From IMG/VR virus record IMGVR_UViG_3300022670_000534, positions 1 through 34,973 of that record: a DNA stretch of 34,973 bases; one strand, written 5' to 3'. The translations under genes were made by a program, and so were the position numbers. Origin of the DNA: a virus. Its lineage: Duplodnaviria > Caudoviricetes. Below, piece after piece: positions 9,238 through 17,302 of the stretch; positions within the stretch are counted from its first letter, which is position 1, and each line of letters opens with the position of its first letter. The notes beneath the pieces are model-generated. The model worked only from the letters and a program-made list of their open reading frames with translations, was not told the DNA's origin and did no database searches.

Positions 9238-9685
9238 CCATATACTTCGAGTATGTAATCTCTACCCGATCAAAACCTAATTTTTCAAAAAACCAACTAG
9301 CATCCAAATGTACTTTTGAGCCAACAAACCAGCGATTAACTCCACGTCTTAATAATTCTTTTTCAACAAAACCAAACAATTCACACCCAAAATTTGAACC
9401 TCTGTGCTCTGGGTGAATATAAAAAATATCCATAATACAAGTTAAACAAGTACTGTAATGCAAGCCAGGAGCGATAAACCCGATAAAATAACCGATTAAT
9501 TCGCCATTTTTTCTTGCTGTGATATAAGTTAATTCTCCTGCGTTTTCGCGATTCTCATAAACATCATATTGTGGAGAAAGGGGAACATTACCTTGGTCAA
9601 GTGCTAACTCCTTGTAATGCAAAGGTAGAATAGTCTTTAGTTCCGTAAGATTCTCGGTAAAAGATTCGACTGCAAATGTGATCAC
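9230..9685 (-). CDS. GNAT-fold acyl/acetyltransferase
   Basis: DIFYIHPEHRGSNFG (motif A) and FFEKLGF (motif B); occupies the P22 gp14-like slot. Confidence 0.85.
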   Translation of the reverse strand: MITFAVESFTENLTELKTILPLHYKELALDQGNVPLSPQYDVYENRENAGELTYITARKNGELIGYFIGFIAPGLHYSTCLTCIMDIFYIHPEHRGSNFGCELFGFVEKELLRRGVNRWFVGSKVHLDASWFFEKLGFDRVEITYSKYMGD

Positions 9686-10227
9686 TTTAAGCTCCTAATA
9701 TCAACGATCATATGAATTCTATCATCTGCGCTATTATTTATCACTTCGTGCTCTTGTTTATTGTCAAACCACCAGATGTCTCCGGTCAACATCGTTACCT
9801 GTTCATCACCGGCTCTGAATATACTTCCTTTATGTCCAGCTATGACAACATGGTATCGCTCGTAATAATCTGCTGGCGCTCCCATATCGACGTGGGGGGA
9901 TATTTTCTTTCCTGGTTTCAATTCTGTTATTAAACACCTGCCTAATCGCACCCCTGACACCCTGGTCATTAGCCATAAAATTAAATTACGCGTCTCTGGT
10001 AGTTTGTAAATGGCAGAATAGTTAATGCTTTCTCTATCATCAATTACATTCTCACCATTACCGATTAAATCATTAAATCTAAGCCAAATATCATTAACTT
10101 CACTATGTGGAGTTCCTTCATGTTCTGTTCTTAATTTGTTTTCATTCCATAACTCAGCATTAACTTTAAGCGCTAACATTAATGGATTGACGTCCATATT
10201 TTGAGCCAATCTATAAAAATTCTTCAT
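9682..10227 (-). CDS. Fe(II)/2-oxoglutarate dioxygenase, aspartyl/asparaginyl beta-hydroxylase (AspH-like) family
   Basis: LKPG-x-x-I-x-PHVD (HxD), RYH, WFDNKQEH (distal His), DRIHMIVD (2OG-binding Arg). Confidence 0.85.
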   Translation of the reverse strand: MKNFYRLAQNMDVNPLMLALKVNAELWNENKLRTEHEGTPHSEVNDIWLRFNDLIGNGENVIDDRESINYSAIYKLPETRNLILWLMTRVSGVRLGRCLITELKPGKKISPHVDMGAPADYYERYHVVIAGHKGSIFRAGDEQVTMLTGDIWWFDNKQEHEVINNSADDRIHMIVDIRSLK

Positions 10228-10565
10228 GATATTTCTCGTCCTGATACAGTAAAACTAATTGAAGTTGCTGCGCTTGTCTCTACGAACAATTTAGATCCAG
10301 CTGGCATAAATTGCCCTGATATTTCAGGAGGAACATCTGAATCATCTTTTAAAATTGTTGTTGTCGGTACTAGCGGGAGAACGGCCGAACCACCGCTAGT
10401 TACAATAAATGCTTTGTATGTCCTAGCTACTGCTGTCGAGTTTACCGCTGTGAAATTAGTAATCAATGTTCCTTTTTGCTCAGCAGGTGATGTATAAACA
10501 GATTCAGGCGTTCCCGCCAACGTGGTCTGTTTATTGTCTACTAGTTGTTTGTTGGTTATAGCCAT
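10224..10565 (-). CDS. small beta-rich virion protein
   Basis: VYTSPA, NFTAVN and C-terminal FTVSGREI motifs common in podovirus tail-region proteins. Confidence 0.6.
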   Translation of the reverse strand: MAITNKQLVDNKQTTLAGTPESVYTSPAEQKGTLITNFTAVNSTAVARTYKAFIVTSGGSAVLPLVPTTTILKDDSDVPPEISGQFMPAGSKLFVETSAATSISFTVSGREIS

Positions 10566-10999
10566 TAGACATCCTCTGCCGATATTCGATAAAACATAAT
10601 TGTTACCAATATATTAGCATCATCTGTTTTAGCGTTGATCCATTTACCTTCAGGAACCAATATGTTTAAACCAGTGAAAGATACATTACTAGCTCTTACT
10701 AATTGAGGAATTACTATTGCTTCATCTACTGTTAGTGTGTCAGCAGCTAGTGCTTCATATATTACAACATTGGCAGGAGTGGTGTTGCTTACATTCTTAT
10801 CAGCACTTGCAATAATATCAGTTATAACAATACTTTTATTTTGTTCTGGTGTAACAAAATTAAAAGCGGTATTAATGGCATTTAAAGATTTACTAATGGG
10901 ATCACTATATTGAATTGGAGCAACTATCAACTGTCCAGCTTTACTGACTTTAGCAGTGTTACCTGTTTTAGAATCTTTAATATTTACCGGAGCGGTCAT
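10565..10999 (-). CDS. beta-rich tail-associated protein (paralog group)
   Basis: N-terminal IKDSKTGNTAKVSKAGQL shared with neighbours; coupled start and stop. Confidence 0.6.
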   Translation of the reverse strand: MTAPVNIKDSKTGNTAKVSKAGQLIVAPIQYSDPISKSLNAINTAFNFVTPEQNKSIVITDIIASADKNVSNTTPANVVIYEALAADTLTVDEAIVIPQLVRASNVSFTGLNILVPEGKWINAKTDDANILVTIMFYRISAEDV

Positions 11000-11550
11000 T
11001 GTCCTACGACTCCACTATCAATAACCAAAGAGACTACGCAGTCAATTAAACCAGTTGCAGCTACACGCTTAAATGCTACAGCCTGGCCTTGCGGGATGAT
11101 AATATTACTGGAAGACTCTAAAGTATACCTAGTATCAGCTACTGCTATTTGTTCGAAATAAATAATACCAAGCGATGTGAGACCTGTTATATCTGTGTCA
11201 AATGTATTTATAGATGTTAAAGAAATCGGATTACCCAAATTTTTATTCGTGACAGCAGGAGTTGTTCCAGATACAAACACAGCAGTACCACTTACATGCT
11301 CTATTGTAATTTCTGTTGCCACAGTAGAGGCGAGTCTAATCTTATCGATAAAAACATCAGAAAGTCCATCATTCCTGAAATACCAAAAAAAATCATTGAC
11401 CCCCACAGGTGTCACTGAAAAATGAACGCTTAATGCCCCACCTTCTCTATTTCTATGTGCTGCCCATACTTGGGTGTCTGCAAAAACAGTTAAACGATTG
11501 TCATCATCAACATTTACAACTCTCCCATCTGGGCCAGTTATTTGTGCCAT
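10996..11550 (-). CDS. beta-rich tail-associated protein (paralog group)
   Basis: N-terminal ITGPDGRVVNVDDDNRL; NKNLG and IIIPQG motifs paralleled in the neighbour. Confidence 0.6.
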   Translation of the reverse strand: MAQITGPDGRVVNVDDDNRLTVFADTQVWAAHRNREGGALSVHFSVTPVGVNDFFWYFRNDGLSDVFIDKIRLASTVATEITIEHVSGTAVFVSGTTPAVTNKNLGNPISLTSINTFDTDITGLTSLGIIYFEQIAVADTRYTLESSSNIIIPQGQAVAFKRVAATGLIDCVVSLVIDSGVVGQ

Positions 11551-11554
11551 TTCA

Positions 11555-12142
11555 TTACTCCATAAATCTAATTAATACGAACCCTGATTGAGTTAAAAAA
11601 CTTGTGTTCGATGCAGGGGGCGTAATTGTTACAGAAACAGTAGACCCTGGTTCAATTATAAGTGGATTATTGGCAATTAATACACGGGTAGAAGCTCCTG
11701 GTATAATACTGTTAATGACATCAATCCCATCCGTTACAGTGTCTCCTTCTACTCCCTTAAGAGATGTAGAAGTTAAAGTCTTAGCATCTCCAAAATTAAG
11801 ATTTTCAGGAGTAATAGCAGTTCCTCCTGAAATTAAAGTGCCAGCACTAGCATTTTTAATAACCTTTAATCTCCAAAAACCGGTTCCACTTGTACTAGCA
11901 CCAACATTAAAAAATAATCTCGTAAGAATCCAAGGCACTGAGTCGATGTTAACAACATGAAGAACACCAGACTCATTAGCGCTTGTTAATGTTATATCGC
12001 CAGTGTTAATAGTAAATGTATCACCGTTGAGCGCTGCGGTAGTTTCTTCTGGTTGTGAAGTAGAGAAAGTTTTTAACTTATTATTGACATCAACTTCAGC
12101 AGTTTTCCCAGTCTTCCCATCTTTTAACACAATCTGAGACAT
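11555..12142 (-). CDS. beta-rich tail-associated protein (paralog group)
   Basis: N-terminal LKDGKTGKTAEVDVNNKL; NLNFG and LIIEPG motifs. Confidence 0.6.
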   Translation of the reverse strand: MSQIVLKDGKTGKTAEVDVNNKLKTFSTSQPEETTAALNGDTFTINTGDITLTSANESGVLHVVNIDSVPWILTRLFFNVGASTSGTGFWRLKVIKNASAGTLISGGTAITPENLNFGDAKTLTSTSLKGVEGDTVTDGIDVINSIIPGASTRVLIANNPLIIEPGSTVSVTITPPASNTSFLTQSGFVLIRFME

Positions 12143-12597
12143 TATATATCATCCCCATCTAACTTAGTTTCAAATGCTTCTTCTATTCTTGCATTTAATA
12201 ATTTCACTTCATCAAGTAAATTACCTAGAAGAACTAATTTTTCAGACTCCTGTTCTAAATCTGGTGCTAAAGCCTTTACCGCTGTTAATAGTTCATTAAT
12301 CAATTGATTCACCTTCTGATTTAAATTGGCTACTTTTGTTCTTAACTCATCAGTATCAGTTGATTCTTCTAAATCCCTGACTCTTCTTTCTAATTTATTG
12401 ATAGTAGAAAGTAATCTTGATGTATCTGCTTCGGCTGCTGTGGTTTCAACAACTTCTTCTATCAAGTCGTCTCCGCCGCCCGTCCTAATAAATAAGTCGT
12501 GAAGAAACCTATTAAGGTATTCTATTACAGGACGAATTTCGTTATCATTCATCCATTTGTCCGGCCACTGTATTACAAACGGATCAACTTTAGCCAA
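12142..12597 (-). CDS. tail needle-like coiled-coil protein (P22 gp26-like position)
   Basis: Directly after the gp10-like gene; YLNRFLHDLFIRTGG then heptad-rich coiled coil. Confidence 0.6.
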   Translation of the reverse strand: MAKVDPFVIQWPDKWMNDNEIRPVIEYLNRFLHDLFIRTGGGDDLIEEVVETTAAEADTSRLLSTINKLERRVRDLEESTDTDELRTKVANLNQKVNQLINELLTAVKALAPDLEQESEKLVLLGNLLDEVKLLNARIEEAFETKLDGDDI

Positions 12598-13993
12598 TGT
12601 CTAACTCCATATCTGCATGAGCTGATAGTAATACCCATTTAATGTTGTCGCTCATCGTGAATCTAAATTGCCTGTTATAAAAAAATCCAAGTCCAAACCA
12701 TTCCAATTTATGCCTAAACTCGCCTTGGGCACCTATAAATATAAAACGCTCTGAGCTAAACGTCCTGCCATTATCATCTGAATACTGCATTATCATCTGA
12801 GATTCAGCAGTAACTAGGCTAGTTCCTGTTTCTATCATCAATTCCAGCCTATCCATGAACACCTTAGCACCTTCTCTGCCAAATGTGCCGCCGTTGATAG
12901 TTATCGTGTCCCTACGGTGCTGAATCGGATCACCGTTGTCCGTGAAGGTTTCAAAATCAAGTTCATAAATATTACCATTACGGCGATCAGCTACCAAATG
13001 CTTACCATAGACAGATTGATAATCACTTATTAAGTGTTGCGATCCATCTGTGCCGAACGCGAGATTAGTCCACATGCCCGATTCTTCATTAAACAGCCAA
13101 GTCTGGTTGCCAGTTGGGAAAGAGAGTAAATAGAAATTCTGGTTATCTAAAGTAAAACACATTCCATACGCATCATCTGTTTTTAGATATTTAGCTATCT
13201 CTTGGCCTATTGCTGGATTTCCTATTGGGTTAATGGCTAAACCTGTGATCTGATATACGATCAAATCACTACCGAGGAAGTAAATAAATTTATTATTCGA
13301 TCCTATCGAATGTATCGCATCAATACCTATTTCTTGCGTAGAATTTAAGATAAAAGTATAAGGAGGGTTTCCGGTTCCGCTATTATACATCGGTTGGATA
13401 CTCTCTTCGCCAAAAGCATAAACTTGTTGTTTATAAGCGAAAACCGCTTTCATATTGTCCGGTTTCGCTTCTGCAATTATCACGTTTGCGCTATTTACAG
13501 TAAGCGGTTCGCTTAAATCTGCGAATGCTATATCGCCATTAGTACCATCATAAACCACCCGTCTGTTTATATAAGTCACAGTACTTGCGTTTGGTAAGTC
13601 AACATCTGTACCTTGAATTAACGTTGTGCCATCATACTGAAACGGCTTCCCCACACCAGTAGTGATAATTAGATTCCCTACCTGATCTTCTTCAAGCTTA
13701 CACCTACCAACACCCTCTATGCTTCCTATAGATGTTTGAAGACCTATTGAAGATATTTTAAATAATGTTCCACTGGAGACAGTGTATAAAACGTTATCAA
13801 GCTTACCCATACCCCTATTTAATCCGTCACCGGTAGAGAACGGCTTTAAGCCTGGGAACGGCTGGAATGATACAAATTCATTGCCTTGTGGATTAAATTC
13901 GATATAGAAATTCTGAGTTACCTGTGATGAAACAGGTAATGATCTATTTGTATAGGTTGGTCCTATTAATGGAATGGGTACGCCGATAGCCAT
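12590..13993 (-). CDS. tail hub / packaged DNA stabilization protein (P22 gp10-like)
   Basis: 467 aa beta-propeller-like; AEAKPD and YSDDNGRTFS...GEFRHKLEWFGLG...RQFRFTMSD motifs. Confidence 0.85.
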   Translation of the reverse strand: MAIGVPIPLIGPTYTNRSLPVSSQVTQNFYIEFNPQGNEFVSFQPFPGLKPFSTGDGLNRGMGKLDNVLYTVSSGTLFKISSIGLQTSIGSIEGVGRCKLEEDQVGNLIITTGVGKPFQYDGTTLIQGTDVDLPNASTVTYINRRVVYDGTNGDIAFADLSEPLTVNSANVIIAEAKPDNMKAVFAYKQQVYAFGEESIQPMYNSGTGNPPYTFILNSTQEIGIDAIHSIGSNNKFIYFLGSDLIVYQITGLAINPIGNPAIGQEIAKYLKTDDAYGMCFTLDNQNFYLLSFPTGNQTWLFNEESGMWTNLAFGTDGSQHLISDYQSVYGKHLVADRRNGNIYELDFETFTDNGDPIQHRRDTITINGGTFGREGAKVFMDRLELMIETGTSLVTAESQMIMQYSDDNGRTFSSERFIFIGAQGEFRHKLEWFGLGFFYNRQFRFTMSDNIKWVLLSAHADMELDIG

Positions 13994-13995
13994 TG

Positions 13996-14397
13996 TTATT
14001 CCGTCGAATCAAAGGTACGTTTGCGTGGTAGATATTTGCGCGTTAAAGCTCTATCTAGTGGCATTTTTTGAATGGTGGTGTATTTAGCTTGAAGTTCTGT
14101 TACCGCTGTCCTTGTGGCTTCTGATAAGCCTGCTTGGATTGGCCTACGATGTCTAACCATTAGTCGCATCGTTAAACTTAGCTCTAAAGCTTCTTCATCA
14201 GCATCATCAATAAATAATTCATCAGCAAAATCTAATGTAGATAAACCAAGAAAAATACCATCGTTCTGAAAACGAGAAATTAATCTGTTTAGGCGATCTA
14301 GCGCATCCTTATTAATTCCGCCTTCGAGTGCTTGCGCTTCGGCTAAAATACCTGCTTGCTTAGCAGAGCTATTAATCAGATCCTGTGCCGTTGCCAT
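13996..14397 (-). CDS. head-tail adaptor (P22 gp4-like)
   Basis: MATAQDLINSSAKQAGI...DALDRLN pattern, size and synteny. Confidence 0.75.
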   Translation of the reverse strand: MATAQDLINSSAKQAGILAEAQALEGGINKDALDRLNRLISRFQNDGIFLGLSTLDFADELFIDDADEEALELSLTMRLMVRHRRPIQAGLSEATRTAVTELQAKYTTIQKMPLDRALTRKYLPRKRTFDSTE

Positions 14398-14722
14398 CTT
14401 CTGATACCTCTAGATTATAGTGGTTGGTGATATCGTCTTTTGTTATGACTCCTTTTTTTCCTGTACCTGTTACCTTATTTACATCAATTTCCAAGTCATC
14501 AGCTAGTTTACGTGCGAAACGGCTAACTTTAACTGCCTTAGATTTGTCATCAGTGACTTGGGCAATAACCGTCTCAGGTGCTTGTTCTGTTGCTGCCTTT
14601 TTTGCGTCTTTTGGTGAATGGTGCCAACCTGGTTCGATATCCCAATCATTACCTTTCATACCAAACAGTTTTGTAATCACTTTACCATTGACTAAGCGAT
14701 AGCGGCATGTTTCTAAAACCAT
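14372..14722 (-). CDS. protein with peripheral subunit-binding (E3-binding) domain
   Basis: VSRFARKLADDLEIDVNKVTGTGKKGVITKDDI matches the 2-oxoacid dehydrogenase E2 PSBD consensus (SPxARxLAxExGIDLxxVxGTGxxGRIxxxDV). Confidence 0.75.
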   Translation of the reverse strand: MVLETCRYRLVNGKVITKLFGMKGNDWDIEPGWHHSPKDAKKAATEQAPETVIAQVTDDKSKAVKVSRFARKLADDLEIDVNKVTGTGKKGVITKDDITNHYNLEVSEDGNGTGSD

Positions 14723-14735
14723 GTTATAACTCCAA

Positions 14736-14756
14736 AATTAAAGCCCATCCTTGGGC
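14736..14756 (-). terminator. possible weak terminator after capsid/decoration genes
   Basis: Minus strand GCCCA-AGGA-TGGGC followed by TTTAATT. Confidence 0.35.
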
Positions 14757-14763
14757 GTTAGAT

Positions 14764-15252
14764 TTACGAGGTTGCGAAAGGCGTTGCTAACGTACCAGAA
14801 CCAAACAATACGCCAGTTACGGACCACAGAGTAGCTGAAATGGCAGTCAATTTAATACGCTGACCTACTAGCCCACCTGTTGTTGACCCAGCCGATGTAA
14901 CAGCAACATGAGTTGTTCCATTGGCTACGAATGAATCACCACCCTCTGCAACAGCAGCTGATGAACTATCAATAGCGCCAATAATAAACTCACTAGCAAT
15001 GGTATTAGTAATAATCTTATGAGTATCACTTGATGTTACTGAAACTGTAGTTAAAAACTCGAATTGCATACCAGCAACCGGAGTTGGTAACCTGACAGTG
15101 ATTTGATCTGATGCATCCAGAATAATCAATGAACCAGATTCCTCCGGTAGCAATTGACGCTCTGTCGTGCCGATGCTTTGAATAACTTCTTGGTGTAAGC
15201 CAGGAGCTACACAGCCTTCAGTGCTTTGTTTACTTAGATTTTCTAATGCCAT
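14764..15252 (-). CDS. capsid decoration / minor head protein
   Basis: Follows the coat gene; beta-rich with VRLPTP, GSTTGG and GSGTLATPF motifs. Confidence 0.6.
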   Translation of the reverse strand: MALENLSKQSTEGCVAPGLHQEVIQSIGTTERQLLPEESGSLIILDASDQITVRLPTPVAGMQFEFLTTVSVTSSDTHKIITNTIASEFIIGAIDSSSAAVAEGGDSFVANGTTHVAVTSAGSTTGGLVGQRIKLTAISATLWSVTGVLFGSGTLATPFATS

Positions 15253-15263
15253 GATGGCTCTCC

Positions 15264-16448
15264 TTAGTTATTCGCGTAACGTACAGCGATTTGAGCACGG
15301 ATTGTCCTAAATCCATACAGAACATCAATACGTGTTGGAAATTGATCATTAGTAATATCGTAATCACTAATGATTCGCATTGATATACCATCCATCACTT
15401 CACGAGCAGCAAAATCAACACCACGAGGCATACGCAAATCAGCAGTTACAAATGTAAATGCATCAGACGCATAACCTAATGAGATGTCATGAGTTGCGGA
15501 AACGCCACCAGCTTTAGTGATTGCTTGACCATCAGCAGCCGCGTTAGTTACGTTTCGACGCGCACCAGTTGGGATGATTTCAGGCTCAAACGCTAACGAG
15601 GTTGCCGAAGTTCCAGTAGAAGTGGTAACAACAAATTGCTGTAAATTACCAGTATCAACTTTAGTTTCAGGATGAACTCGATTAACGCCACCGATAGTAA
15701 AGATATCGCCTTTAAGTAGCGTACCTGTACCGGTGTCGATTACTAATGTCTTGCCAGTCTGGGCTGCACCATCGGTTAGATAGTCACCTGTTCCATCATC
15801 CGTACCGGTAACATGGCGCGGCATCAATGTATTTTCGAAGAACTCAAAACCAGCTGTACGACCAAGCATACCTTCGAGATATTGCTTAGAAATACTGGCG
15901 GAGTCTTGGAATAGACCTTTAAGCACGTCAACCATATCAACATTAGTCTGTGTATCTAAGTTGATTTTCAGGTTGGTCGCTCCTGCCAGGTTATCAACAA
16001 GTATTTTACGACCATCCAGAATAGTTCTGAATGTAGACGCGCTACCTATATTGTTAACTTGGTTAAATACATCCAGGAACATAGAAAGCGCATCAGATTC
16101 AATGTTTGCTGCCAAGACAGTCATCATTGGTTCTAAAATTCGCTTACTAAAATCGTCTAAGCTCAATGTTAGATCCGCTGAACTAAATTCAACATCAACA
16201 CCCTTTTGAGTGGCTAATGTTAAAATTACGCTTTGCTCGTCTGTATCTTGAACGGCGATTGTTTTACCTGTTCGAACAGTATATTCGTTAGGTAGCCTGA
16301 TTGTGAGAGTTTCACCAATCTTCGCGCCTTCAATTGCGAATTGTGAATCGTATTGTCGGTTGATGTTACCGATGAAGTTCAACTTCTGGTGAAGGATGCG
16401 AAGTGCTTCCCTTGTCACCGCCGTTGGTGTTAGTAATGTGTTAGCCAT
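15264..16448 (-). CDS. major capsid protein (P22 coat family)
   Basis: MANTLLTP, KIGETLTIRLP, GRTAGF and RIDVLYG motifs of P22-like coat proteins. Confidence 0.93.
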   Translation of the reverse strand: MANTLLTPTAVTREALRILHQKLNFIGNINRQYDSQFAIEGAKIGETLTIRLPNEYTVRTGKTIAVQDTDEQSVILTLATQKGVDVEFSSADLTLSLDDFSKRILEPMMTVLAANIESDALSMFLDVFNQVNNIGSASTFRTILDGRKILVDNLAGATNLKINLDTQTNVDMVDVLKGLFQDSASISKQYLEGMLGRTAGFEFFENTLMPRHVTGTDDGTGDYLTDGAAQTGKTLVIDTGTGTLLKGDIFTIGGVNRVHPETKVDTGNLQQFVVTTSTGTSATSLAFEPEIIPTGARRNVTNAAADGQAITKAGGVSATHDISLGYASDAFTFVTADLRMPRGVDFAAREVMDGISMRIISDYDITNDQFPTRIDVLYGFRTIRAQIAVRYANN

Positions 16449-16463
16449 GAGTTTTCACCTTAT

Positions 16464-17285
16464 TTAGCCATGTACTTGTTTATTCCTCCAGGCTCGCCAT
16501 TCATCCGCGTTCATCTTATCGGGATCGGTCTGAATCGTTTCAGAGTTACCCAACGGATTAATCGGATCAGGTGCATCGCTCACCCTCTTAGGTGTTAATG
16601 CTTCGACCTGGAATTCCAGTTTTGTCAACTCACGCGCTCTTTGAACCGGCGATAATGCAAATATTCTTTCAGCTATATCAAGGTGTGAACCAAGATGATA
16701 AGCAACTTCTGGCCCTTTATCCATTTCAAAGATTTGTTCCGCTAGGTCTAAATCTATAAAACCATGACCATATGCAACTTCATCGAAATTTTCAAAGTTG
16801 GCTCGTTTACCCTCAAGGTTCACTTCAAATGCCGCCTTCTTTGTCTCAATATCTTTATTTCGTTGCGCTACCGCTGCTGTTTCCTTATTTGCACTATCAG
16901 ACGCTGAAATACGTTTATCAGCTGCATCACCTGAAACATCTGCATAATACTGTGCATTTGCCGTGTGATATTCCTGTAAGGTATCAAAATCATCCTCACT
17001 GGGTGCAACCCGCTCCACCGGTTTAACTTCCGGTTTTGCTTGCTCTAACTTATCGAGCCGTTCTTTCAGCGCTGCATTTTCTAGATCGCGTTCGCGTTTA
17101 TCGCGTGTTAGTTGATTAATGCGCTCTTGTACCTTATTAACCTTTTTGGGTTCTTCAGGCTTTTCGGTTGCGCTTGCTTCTGCTTGACCTTGCGGTTTTA
17201 CTTCAGCTTCCGTTGCAGGTGATGGGGCTGCTTTTTCATCATGGCTAGGCGTTGCTTTGATCTCGCCTTGTAGATCTTCACTCAT
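16464..17285 (-). CDS. scaffolding protein
   Basis: Acidic helical; VQERINQLT, GPEVAYHLG, APDPINPL and C-terminal EWRAWR; between portal and coat. Confidence 0.85.
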   Translation of the reverse strand: MSEDLQGEIKATPSHDEKAAPSPATEAEVKPQGQAEASATEKPEEPKKVNKVQERINQLTRDKRERDLENAALKERLDKLEQAKPEVKPVERVAPSEDDFDTLQEYHTANAQYYADVSGDAADKRISASDSANKETAAVAQRNKDIETKKAAFEVNLEGKRANFENFDEVAYGHGFIDLDLAEQIFEMDKGPEVAYHLGSHLDIAERIFALSPVQRARELTKLEFQVEALTPKRVSDAPDPINPLGNSETIQTDPDKMNADEWRAWRNKQVHG

Positions 17286-17302
17286 AGATACGTTCTCACG
17301 AA

